Assembly: GCA_963752805.1 (NCBI GenBank)
Contig: CAVWAA010000033.1
Coordinates: forward strand, 10,505 to 74,504
Length of the DNA: 64,000 bases
Source of the DNA: Candidatus Binataceae bacterium
GTDB lineage: Bacteria; Desulfobacterota; Binatia; Binatales; Binataceae
Direction of reading: 5' to 3'
Below the pieces are notes generated by a model that was not told the origin of the DNA, searched no databases, and saw only the letters and a program-made list of their open reading frames with translations. Positions 48,965 to 57,545 of this stretch are shown piece by piece (positions within the stretch are counted from its first letter, which is position 1; the number at the start of each line of letters is the position of its first letter). The position numbers and the translations under genes were made by a program.

Positions 48965-49358
48965 GGCATCGATACCTCCTTGGTTGCGATACGCTCTCGC
49001 CGAGGCTGTGAGGTACGAGAAGTCAGGTAGCTTTAAGTTTCGAGGGGCGAGACTTAATACAGCCGCCGCATGACGAGAGGATAGCATGATCGCCTTGCCC
49101 AGGGCCACGAGACGGGAGAAGCTGTGTAATAATATGGAGATGTGACCGGTGGGGTAACGCCGCGCGATAGAGAAGATCTGGCGGCAATGTGCGGTTCGGC
49201 GGTGACCAGCAGCATATGGCAACCGGCGAATAGTGGCGCGTTCGCTAAAACGGCTACGGCATGCCTTTCTTCACACGCCCTGGGCTGTCTGAGAAAATCT
49301 GATGAAGTGTGTGTCGGTCTGAAGAAGAAATTAAACGGCGTCCGCTTCCTGTCGAGTT

Positions 49359-49785
49359 TCATGAGTGCTTCCGCTCCTGTGTCGCTGGAGAGAGCGTCAG
49401 TACAAGGCGCCCGCACCATCTTTCGCCACGCTGCCCACAATGAGATGCGAAAGCCCCGCGCGACCGTGCTTTTTGGTCCACGTCGACCTCTGTTCCAGCC
49501 GCACCACCGCCTTGGCAAGGCTGCGAGGCGCCGCACGGCCCTGTCGATTTCATGCAAACCGCCGACGCGATTTCCTGCAGGATCGCAAGAGCCTTCTCGT
49601 CCTTTGGCGTAGAGTCGAATCGGACTAACATCAGACTCGCACAACCGCCGGAAGGTTAGGCACCACGTTCAACAACTGCAGTGTCGCGCGCTTTATCAGC
49701 CACGATTCCGGGCCATTGCCAAGACAACCAAAGGGGGATCGTTGAATCGGATCAGGACCGGGATCGAGCGATGCGGATAAACCAT
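49359..49785 (-). pseudogene. universal stress protein paralog, heavily frameshifted
   Basis: GGAGGAGG + ATG 49785: MVYPHRSIPVLIRFNDPPLVVLAMARN.. parallels MAYPYRSILNPIQFDDPSLLALGLAK of 45435-45854. Later pieces SLAKAVVRLEQ.., ..HGRAGLSHLIVGSVAK.. and ..VRAPCTD.. are spread over three frames with stops. Confidence 0.6.
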
Positions 49786-50067
49786 CGTTCCTCCTCCAAA
49801 AACCTCAATAGCAATAATCTTCTCAATGCCGAGGGCGTATTACTCTGCTGAGTACTACCTTGCGACCATTAGTTTGAGGACGGGTATTGTCTCGAAGTTG
49901 GCGCGCTGTCGAAGGACCCTGTCCCGCGCCTGGAGTGGAGCGATTAAATTATGAGTAACCGCGCGCCGTTGTTCTGATAACCACAGCGCGGTATGTTCGC
50001 AACTAGCAATGGTGATCGACGCGGCATGAGATGAAGAGCGAGCTTTGACCAACAGGAGATCGAAATA

Positions 50068-50361
50068 ATGCTATATGTCGCTTTTTTCAAAATCAGGCCG
50101 GGCTTTTCAGTAGACAGCGCCGAGATAATCGAAAAATCTCATAAGTGGTGGGATGGAGGAGCCAAGCCGGCAGGACTCAAGACCGTCGGTGTCTTTGGAT
50201 GCTTGGGTACGGAGGCTCGCGACGTCTTGGTCTTTGAAGCGCAAAGCCACGACGACATCCGTGAGATGGTGAATTTCTGGCGCGATACGACCGATTTCGA
50301 AGTCCATCCGGCGGTCGATCTTGCTGCCAACTTCAGGCAGCAGGGAATGAAAGTCGCCTAG
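50068..50361 (+). CDS. small DUF3303-like protein
   Basis: 97 aa, MLYVAFFKIRPGFS...GLKTVGVFGCLGTEARDVLVFEAQSHDDIREMVNFWRDTTDFEVHPAVD; family call from memory, tentative. Confidence 0.55.
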   Translation: MLYVAFFKIRPGFSVDSAEIIEKSHKWWDGGAKPAGLKTVGVFGCLGTEARDVLVFEAQSHDDIREMVNFWRDTTDFEVHPAVDLAANFRQQGMKVA

Positions 50362-50512
50362 TCGTCCCGCCGCAGCGTGGCGGAATCCCAGACCCGAGAT
50401 CCTGCGACCGCCAGGTTCAAATGTATTGGGGCGCAAGATTCACCAGCCGGCGCTGTGAGCTGAGACTTGGCCGGCTCCGAGGTCCGCTAAACTCAGTCGC
50501 CAGCTTGGGCGC

Positions 50513-51622
50513 TTACTGACTCCACAAAGTGGTGAGCAGATCCTTGAGATGGGCGCGCCAGCTCGTCCAGTTGTGTCCGCCGGCACGTTGATGGAAAAAA
50601 CACGGGCAGCCCAAAGCATTGAGCATCCCTACGATACGTTGGTGCGCTGGAAGATAACGCGGCTCGTACGTTCCCACGTCCAGGTAAAAGGCGGTCCTCG
50701 CTCCAAAGGTGGTCAAAAGTGCGGTCATCCTCACCTCTTCGATATGAAAGGCGCTGGACTGGCCACCGACCCGGGAGAACAGATGGGGACGCGAAAGGGC
50801 TACATAGGTAGAAATTAGTCCGCCCAGCGAGGCCCCCATCACGCCGCGGGCCTCGCGCTGCGAAAGCGTGCGGTAGCTACGCTCCACGTGGGGAATAAGC
50901 TCCGATTCCAGAAAGACCGCATAGTCCTCACTGGCTCGGTATTCTCGTCCACGCTCGACCGGATCAACCATAATCGTGATCAGCGGGGGAATCTTTTTGC
51001 CGAAAATCAAGTTGTCCAGCAACATCGGTAAGCGCCCACGGTTGAGGTACTCGCCCCCGTCGTGCACATAAAGGCTGGGAAAGCGCCTCGCGAGATCAGA
51101 GTCATAGCTTACGGGAAGGTAGGTGTGGATTCGGCGCCGATTCCGAAGAATCCTGCTCTCGAAGTCGAATTCCTCCACCCGGCCGTGGGGGTTCGTTGGC
51201 ATCCACTTCAGCTCAGGCGGCTCACGGAAGTCCCCTATCACGAAGTAGGAGTTGCGACCCCCTATTCCACTGTCGCAGGTATTGGAACAGAGCGGATCGT
51301 CGATGACTTGTCCGTCGACAACCAGCTTGTACTCAAGCCGCACTGGCCCATCCAGTTCGATTGTGCGATAAAAAATTCCGGTGTGCCGTAGCGGAGTCAG
51401 AGGCATCATTACGCCGGTCCTGCCCCAGTCGTTGTAGTCGCCGGTAACGGCGACTTGATGTGCCTGCGGATCGTAGTAGATGAAGTGAGCAGCGTGCCCA
51501 TCGATCATCGGCGTGCCTACCGTCCTGAGCATCCGCAAGAAATTCTGCACTTCATCATTCAGCTGATGTTCCGGGGCCTGATCGAGGCGTTGCTTCCAAG
51601 CCGGAAAGTTAGTAACGGACAT
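50513..51622 (-). CDS. esterase (esterase D/enterochelin-esterase-like) with N-terminal E-set/CBM48-like module
   Basis: HFIYYDPQAHQVAVTGDYNDWGRTG...LEYKLVVDGQVIDDP (CBM48/AMPK-beta-like), YLPVSYD..FPSLYVHDGGEY, nucleophile elbow VMGASLGGLIS, ..GGHNWTSW. Probable start MSVTNFPAW at 51622. Confidence 0.8.
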   Translation of the reverse strand: MSVTNFPAWKQRLDQAPEHQLNDEVQNFLRMLRTVGTPMIDGHAAHFIYYDPQAHQVAVTGDYNDWGRTGVMMPLTPLRHTGIFYRTIELDGPVRLEYKLVVDGQVIDDPLCSNTCDSGIGGRNSYFVIGDFREPPELKWMPTNPHGRVEEFDFESRILRNRRRIHTYLPVSYDSDLARRFPSLYVHDGGEYLNRGRLPMLLDNLIFGKKIPPLITIMVDPVERGREYRASEDYAVFLESELIPHVERSYRTLSQREARGVMGASLGGLISTYVALSRPHLFSRVGGQSSAFHIEEVRMTALLTTFGARTAFYLDVGTYEPRYLPAHQRIVGMLNALGCPCFFHQRAGGHNWTSWRAHLKDLLTTLWSQ

Positions 51623-51775
51623 CGCGTTGTCCCTCAATAATTTCTTTTGATCCTTCCCAATTGTCTTATGTGCCCGGTGCTCCCGCTTCCCTATAGGGTC
51701 GTTTGAAGACAAACCGCGAAGACCCTCGACCATAAGGGACTGTTTGAACTCCTGGATAACCGGACGGTTACCTGG

Positions 51776-52519
51776 TTAGAGCGTTGTGCTGTTCTGAAAC
51801 CGGTAGTCCTCCCACCGCTCGGCCAGGTTTGGCGTCCAGAACGGACCGGTATGCAGGCAGTAGTTGACCCTCGTACCCTTCGGCCCCTTTACCCTGCCTC
51901 TAAAGCGGCGCGGCACGGGAAGCGCCCGGACCATTTCCGAACGAATCCGGTTGAAGCTCTCCTTGTCCTCGAATCCGTAGAATTTGTGTGAGCGGAAGGG
52001 GTTGTCTTCGCCGTAATGCGCGACAAAGTTGTGTTCTTCGGTGGGCGTGTACTGGGGCGCGTCCCAGTCCTCGAGGCTCCAGTAGATGCATCCGCCGCTC
52101 AAGCTGTCGTCGTAAAAGGCGAACTCAACCTCCCTGGTGACAATCTCCTCGGTGAACAGCGGGCTGTAGTCGCACTGGCCGTTGCGGAAAACCTCAAAGA
52201 AGTGGTGGAACAGGTAATGCTCCTCGTAGCGGCCAGTTGACGGGTCGTGAACATCCTGGGGCAGGCTGAGAATCTTGCGCCGCACCCCGTCGTCAGGCAG
52301 CTCGATCCTGTCCGTGGTGGTCTGGACGCTCTGCCCGTGCTCGTCCAGAGTGGTCCCGCCCATGCCGCGGATAAGGGTTCCGCCCCGCGGCATCATCCGG
52401 GTTTCACGATGAGTTTCCCAATTGGGTGGCGTATTCATCGGCGTCCAGGTGTAGTGAATGTTCACCAACTCGATACCGGGTTCGTTGTCGACGTAGGTTT
52501 TTTTGAGATAGAACGACAT
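51776..52519 (-). CDS. uncharacterised protein, paralog C of the three-member family
   Basis: Start MSFYLKKTYVD at 52519 (aligns with MFSFYMKKTFVD of paralog B); VNIHYTWTPMN, RGMGGTTLDE, YLFHHFFEVF, FTEEIVTREVEF, LPVPRRFRGRVKGPKG, AERWEDYR. Confidence 0.7.
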   Translation of the reverse strand: MSFYLKKTYVDNEPGIELVNIHYTWTPMNTPPNWETHRETRMMPRGGTLIRGMGGTTLDEHGQSVQTTTDRIELPDDGVRRKILSLPQDVHDPSTGRYEEHYLFHHFFEVFRNGQCDYSPLFTEEIVTREVEFAFYDDSLSGGCIYWSLEDWDAPQYTPTEEHNFVAHYGEDNPFRSHKFYGFEDKESFNRIRSEMVRALPVPRRFRGRVKGPKGTRVNYCLHTGPFWTPNLAERWEDYRFQNSTTL

Positions 52520-52966
52520 CGCTAGATCTTCCTTTTTAACCTCTCTGAGCTCCAATTGCCGCCCGGCGCCAACGACAGCCGTGAGCGCGTGTCAATCGGC
52601 ACTTACATTTTCCTGTTGCGGAATTCACCGGAGTTCCCGTGTGCCGGGAGTAATGAAATGGGACGCCGGCGACAGGCTCTCATAAGGCCTTTGTTATTAC
52701 CCTTCGTTGGGCTTGAGTGTGGTGGGGTCTGGCGTCGCGTGGTCGCGCGAAGGCTGGCAGGGACTACGATGCCGGATCGATCAAGTCTAACACACTGTCA
52801 ACATGACTACCTTCTTTTATCCTCTCTCTGACTAGAGAAAGCAAGCGGCGGGCGATCCAGTGAGGTTCTCCAAGTAAGACTGCGCGACAACTAAATAGTA
52901 CTTCCCCAACGTCGACGCGAGTTTAGCAGCCCGTTAAGCCGGACTCGCAGCGCATGTTAAGAACAC

Positions 52967-53167
52967 TTAGTGGTTTGGTAAATCTTCACCAGCGCGAACG
53001 AGCGGACACCCACTATTGGCGTAAAATCGCATCGAAGTGGCTCCCAACGCCGTCGGCCCCATACCCGCTATTGCTCGGATCGCCCGTAGCGGGTCTTCCT
53101 TGGCGACCTGCCGCTCGGCCGAAATGTAACTGAACTTCAAAGACGGCTGCTGGTCCGTCCCCGGCAT
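52967..53167 (-). pseudogene. N-terminal fragment of an IS5/IS1182-type transposase
   Basis: ..VAKEDPLRAIRAIAGMGPTALGATSMRFYANSGCPLV resembles the DHPLRxIR...F...Y...GRP N-terminal block of that superfamily; nothing follows. Confidence 0.4.
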
Positions 53168-53492
53168 CCCCGCCCCATTCTCACATCTCGGATGACTACT
53201 ATCCTATTTCATAATCGACTGTCCGCATCCTGTTAGGGCTCCTATAGATATAAATGTGCCGGGTATTGGCATAGCCACTTTTGGCTGTACCAATGTGAAC
53301 ATGACCTTTTACTAGCCCGCCGTCAAAGTCACCCGATCGTACGAAGGGTCAACTAAACTGCGTCAGCGCCTGAGAAATTAGGCAGCCGGATTTGTGCACC
53401 GGAAGCTAGCTAATTTGCGGCGCAAAATCATTTTCGCCAATAGAATTGAGGGTCCCGGCGCGTCAATTTGGCAGTTCGTCACGTCGGCTCCA

Positions 53493-53529
53493 TTGACACC
53501 GTCTCTCTGTATAGAGTATATCTATACAG
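53493..53529 (+). promoter_or_regulatory. candidate IS promoter with palindrome (TTGACA-N17-GTATAT; ctgtatag-N7-ctatacag)
   Basis: TTGACA 53493-53498; GTATAT 53516-53521; perfect 8-bp arms 53507-53514/53522-53529 ending 1 nt before ATG 53531. Confidence 0.35.
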
Positions 53530-53530
53530 G

Positions 53531-53902
53531 ATGGCGGATCACAAGTTTATCGACGAGCTGGCGGCACTGAGCGAAAAGATGCTGTGGGGCAGCCTGGGCG
53601 CGGTCTATCGGCGCTGCGGGCGGGCAAACTGCCACTGCGTCACAGGCGAGAAGCATGGCCCGGTGTTCTACTTAACTCGCAACGAGGGCGGGCGCACCCG
53701 CAACATCTATGTGCCGCCCGAGTTGCACGATGAAGTTGCGGCGAGGGTCAGTGCATATCGTCGCTATCGGGAACTGGGCCAGCAAATCGCCGAGGCTAAT
53801 GCGCGCTATCTCGGGTTGGGTAAGAAGCGGCGGAGGCGGCAGGGTGATCGAACGGCGGCATCAGCAGCGCAATCTATTCGAAGCAGTCATCGGGTCAGTT
53901 GA
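53531..53902 (+). CDS. small IS-encoded protein (DUF6788-like, Cys/His cluster)
   Basis: MADHKFIDELAALSEKMLWGSLGAVYRRCGRANCHCVTGEKHGPVFYLTRNEGGRTRNIYVPPELHDEV..; Met at 53531 in track ORF 53468-53902; overlaps the transposase ORF. Confidence 0.6.
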   Translation: MADHKFIDELAALSEKMLWGSLGAVYRRCGRANCHCVTGEKHGPVFYLTRNEGGRTRNIYVPPELHDEVAARVSAYRRYRELGQQIAEANARYLGLGKKRRRRQGDRTAASAAQSIRSSHRVS

Positions 53903-55277
53903 ACAGTTAATTGAGCAGCTCATTGAGCCGCCGCTCAAGCGGTTGGACGAGGTGCTCGCGGATGAAGCCTTGCTGGAAACAGTAATGCAGGGGTTGGCGC
54001 AGCGCTGCCCGCAAAGCCGCAACCGCGGACGACCGGGCACACCTGCCGAGGTGGTACTGCGCATGCTGGTGCTGAAGCGGGTCAAGGGCTGGAGCTTCGA
54101 CGAGACCGAACGCGAGGTGCGCCAGAACCTGGTCTATCGTCATCTTACGCGGGTCTATTTCGAGCGCGTGCCCGATGCCAAGACGCTGATTAGGCTTTCG
54201 GCAGTGATTGGTGCCGATAGCATTGACGCAATCCACCGCCGTCTGGTGCAAGTGGCGCGGGAGGAAGGCGTGATCAAGGGCCGCCACGCACGAGTTGACA
54301 CAACCGTGGTCGAAACCAACATTCGCTATCCCACTGATTCTCGCCTGTTACAGGATGGAGTGCGGGTGCTGACACGAGCATTTAAGCGGATCGAAAAGGC
54401 CACCGGCGCGCTCGGCTGCAAGTTGCGTGATCGTACGCGCGCGACCACTCACCGGGTGCTGGAGATCGCGCGCGCGGCGCGCAGCCGGGCGGGCCATGGT
54501 CGCGAGCGACTTGAGCAGGGCTATCGCCGGCTGCTGTCAACCGTGCGGAGCACTATGCGCGATGCGGAACGGGTAGGCGCGGAGCTTTCTGCGGCAGCTC
54601 GCGCAGCGCTGAGCGAGCGGGCCTCGAAGGTTGTGGGGCGCAACCTAGCGCAGCTGACGCAGTTTGTTCCCTTGGTCCGCCGGGTAATCGCTCAGACCGG
54701 GGCGCGGATCTTCCACCATGATACCCATTATCCCGACAAAGTCTTCAGCCTGTCTGAGCCGCACACCGAAGCGATTCGCAAGGGCAAGGCGGCCAAGCCC
54801 ACCGAGTTCGGCAAGCTGGTCAAGATCCAGGAGGCGGAGAATCAAATCATTATCGATTATCAAGTATATGAGCGGCGGCCCGACGACCGCGCACTGCTAA
54901 TGGCGAGTATCGAAGCGCACTTGCACACCTTCGGCCGCGTCCCTCATCTGCTGGCGGCGGATCGCGGTTTTTGGTCGGCGGCGAATAAGCGTGCAGCCAG
55001 GCAGGCCGGGGTGGAAAAGGTGTGTATCCCTGCCCTGGGCCGCCTGCGGCCCGAACAAGCGGCCGAACAACGGCAGCGCTGGTTTCGCCGCGGCCAGCGT
55101 CTACGTGCCGGTTGTGAGGGGCGCATTAGTGTGCTCAAGCGGCGCGATGGTCTCGCGCGCTGCCGCTATCGCGGCACTCACGGTATGCGGCGCTGGGTCG
55201 GTTGGGGTGTGGTGAGTAATAACCTCTGGGTGCTGATGCGGACCACACGCCCGGCTCGTCGCCGTAACACTTCTTGA
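53709..55277 (+). CDS. IS5-superfamily DDE transposase (InsH-N/DUF772 + DDE_Tnp_1-like); true start probably near 53840
   Basis: LRMLVLKRVKGWSFDETEREVRQNLVYRHLTRVYFERVPDAKTLIRLS (DUF772-type), ..ARVDTTVVETNIRYPTDS.., ..LLAADRGFWS.., C-terminal RAGCEGRISVLKRRDGLARCRYRGTHGMRRWVGWGVVSNNL. Confidence 0.85.
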   Translation: MCRPSCTMKLRRGSVHIVAIGNWASKSPRLMRAISGWVRSGGGGRVIERRHQQRNLFEAVIGSVEQLIEQLIEPPLKRLDEVLADEALLETVMQGLAQRCPQSRNRGRPGTPAEVVLRMLVLKRVKGWSFDETEREVRQNLVYRHLTRVYFERVPDAKTLIRLSAVIGADSIDAIHRRLVQVAREEGVIKGRHARVDTTVVETNIRYPTDSRLLQDGVRVLTRAFKRIEKATGALGCKLRDRTRATTHRVLEIARAARSRAGHGRERLEQGYRRLLSTVRSTMRDAERVGAELSAAARAALSERASKVVGRNLAQLTQFVPLVRRVIAQTGARIFHHDTHYPDKVFSLSEPHTEAIRKGKAAKPTEFGKLVKIQEAENQIIIDYQVYERRPDDRALLMASIEAHLHTFGRVPHLLAADRGFWSAANKRAARQAGVEKVCIPALGRLRPEQAAEQRQRWFRRGQRLRAGCEGRISVLKRRDGLARCRYRGTHGMRRWVGWGVVSNNLWVLMRTTRPARRRNTS

Positions 55278-55454
55278 TCGCGGGGCAGCCGTGGACCACC
55301 TTCGTCAGAGAATTAAAACACCCCACCTAGACTAGGCCGCCTATCGAAAATCACACCCACTAAAATTCTCAGTATTTGGCCCGGCAGACACCCTGCCCAT
55401 CAACCAAATGACTTTTGCACCGCGAATTAGCTAGCACACTGGGACCTACTGGCA

Positions 55455-55548
55455 CAAGCAATCGTTTCGCCTTATTGAAGCTCATACCTCCTTCGTTAAA
55501 GCAAGGGAACATTTGTCCCAAACTAGCCGACGACGAGGCGGAAAAATT
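55455..55548. repeat. 94-nt dispersed repeat, copy 2 (20 nt outside the IS5 right end)
   Basis: See 41038-41131. Confidence 0.85.
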
Positions 55549-55834
55549 TTCTTGAGTGGACGTGCGATTTGAATAAAACTGAATCCAAAGCCGTCGAAAC
55601 GATTGGTTTTGACCATAAGCGGTACTCTCGCACCGTGCGCTGAGCATGAGCGCTCAGACCGCCGGAATCGGTCAGCAGATGACGTGAGCGTGGCCTTTGA
55701 GAGCAGACAAACTGTCGCTATCCGCAACCGCTCCGATCCTGCAGACTAGCCGGGAGAGGACCCATGTTGCTTGCAGCCCATGAGTGTTTTATAGTCTTAA
55801 TAGCACGTGTTAGGAAATTTAGACAAGGACGATA

Positions 55835-56053
55835 ATGATGCTGTCTGATGCCAAAGTTCTCACGGTCAGTGAGCTCTCCGAGTACCTTCGGGTTCATCGC
55901 TCCACCATTTATCGCCTCCTGAAGAAGGGCCAATTGCCCGGCTTTAAGATCGGGAGTGATTGGCGTTTCAATGTCGAGGCGATCGATCAATGGCGGATGC
56001 AGCAAGGTGCAGCGCAATTGGAAGAACTACGTCACAGCGGGGCCGGTAATTGA
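55835..56053 (+). CDS. excisionase/MerR-type helix-turn-helix DNA-binding protein
   Basis: LTVSELSEYLRVHRSTIYRLLKKGQLPGFKIGSDWRFNVEAIDQW (HTH_17 pattern). Confidence 0.7.
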   Translation: MMLSDAKVLTVSELSEYLRVHRSTIYRLLKKGQLPGFKIGSDWRFNVEAIDQWRMQQGAAQLEELRHSGAGN

Positions 56054-56295
56054 CGGTTTGAAAGATTCAATGGGCCGTTGAGTCGGCGCCCGCGCACTTA
56101 TTCGCTTAGTGCCGCGGATACCTCAGAATTCAAATGAGGTGGAGGGAAACTGGGCAAACCGGTGCTGTCGAGCCGGTCACCCGGGGTGGCGGTGACTGAT
56201 TGGCGAATTGCAGTCGCGCAAAAACGTCTCTTCCTCGGACTGTGAGTCTTGGCCGGGTTGGCTTTCGCCCACTTTGATCCAGTAAACTGGGCTCG

Positions 56296-57480
56296 ATGCC
56301 GACCGACGTCTCATTGAAGACCAGGTTCTTTACCGAATCTGTGATTCGAGAGATGACGCGCCGTGCATTGAAGTGCGGCGCCGTCAATCTCGCGCAGGGG
56401 TTTCCGGACTTTCCCGCTCCCGAACGGTTGAAGGAAGCGGCTAAGCGCGCGATAGACGAGGACTACAATCAATATGCCCTCACCCATGGCTCGCCTAATT
56501 TACGAGCCGCCATAGCCGAAAAAGCGCGTGGCTACAATAGGGTCGCATGCGATCCCGACCTGAACATCACCGTGACCTGCGGCGCGACCGAAGCGATGGT
56601 CGCTTCATTACTGGGCATAATCAATCCCGGCGACGAGGTGATTATCTTCGAGCCGTTTTATGAAAACTATGGTCCTGACACGATTCTCGCAGGCGCCACG
56701 CCGAAATACGTTGCGCTGCGCGACCCGGATTATTCAATCGATTCGGCCGAACTCGCAGCCGCCTTCAGTTGCCGTACCAAGGCGATTATAGTCAACACCC
56801 CGCATAACCCCACCGGCAAAATCTTTAGCCGGGCGGAACTCGAAATGATCGCGGCTCTATGCTGCCGCTACGATACGCTGGCGATCACTGATGAAATTTA
56901 TGAGCACATAATTTTTGGCGAGAGCCGCCATTTATCGCTGGCGACTATGCCCGGGATGGCCGAGCGGACGATTACTATCAGCGGACTCTCCAAAACCTAC
57001 TCGGTCACCGGTTGGCGGCTTGCATATGCAATCGCATGCGAGCGGCTAACTTCCGCGGTTCGCAAGGTGCACGATTTCCTTACCGTGGGCGCGCCGCATC
57101 CGTTGCAGGAGGCCGGAGCGATCGCGCTTCGCCTGCCCCCATCTTACTATACCGACCTCGCCACCACGTATCAGCGTAAGGGTGCGATGTTGTTCGAGGC
57201 TCTAAGCGCGGCGGGACTTAAGTGTCGTGCTCCACAGGGCGCCTACTACATCATGGCAGACATTGGTCACCTGGGATTGCGCGATGATTTCGAGACGGCG
57301 GATTTCATGCTCGACGAGGTCGGCATTGCTGCGGTGCCGGGCTCCAGCTTCTACCATCATCGATCACTCGGCCGTCACATACTGCGTTTCACATTCTCCA
57401 AAAGCGAAACCACTCTGGCTGCCGCAGCCGAACGATTGAAATTGGTCGATAGCAAGTTGACGCTCCATCGAGGGCGGTGA
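56296..57480 (+). CDS. class I/II PLP-dependent aminotransferase
   Basis: 394 aa; NLAQGFPDF, NTPHNPTGKIF, PLP-lysine motif SGLSKTYSVTGWRLAY, GSSFY. Confidence 0.9.
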   Translation: MPTDVSLKTRFFTESVIREMTRRALKCGAVNLAQGFPDFPAPERLKEAAKRAIDEDYNQYALTHGSPNLRAAIAEKARGYNRVACDPDLNITVTCGATEAMVASLLGIINPGDEVIIFEPFYENYGPDTILAGATPKYVALRDPDYSIDSAELAAAFSCRTKAIIVNTPHNPTGKIFSRAELEMIAALCCRYDTLAITDEIYEHIIFGESRHLSLATMPGMAERTITISGLSKTYSVTGWRLAYAIACERLTSAVRKVHDFLTVGAPHPLQEAGAIALRLPPSYYTDLATTYQRKGAMLFEALSAAGLKCRAPQGAYYIMADIGHLGLRDDFETADFMLDEVGIAAVPGSSFYHHRSLGRHILRFTFSKSETTLAAAAERLKLVDSKLTLHRGR

Positions 57481-57545
57481 CCATTGGAGGTCGTGCGCAT
57501 CTCGTTGACTGAAGCTATGCGAGATCGCGCTAATCCGATACGGAA

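Larger units (their letters stand above)
53405..55435 (+). mobile_element. IS5-superfamily insertion sequence, apparently intact
   Basis: Imperfect terminal inverted repeats gctagctaatttgcggcgcaaaatcatt (53405-53432) and aatgacttttgcaccgcgaattagctagc (55407-55435); CTAG present at both junctions (possible 4-bp target duplication, which would put the ends at 53410/55430); encloses a small ORF and a 522-aa transposase ORF. Confidence 0.75.
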
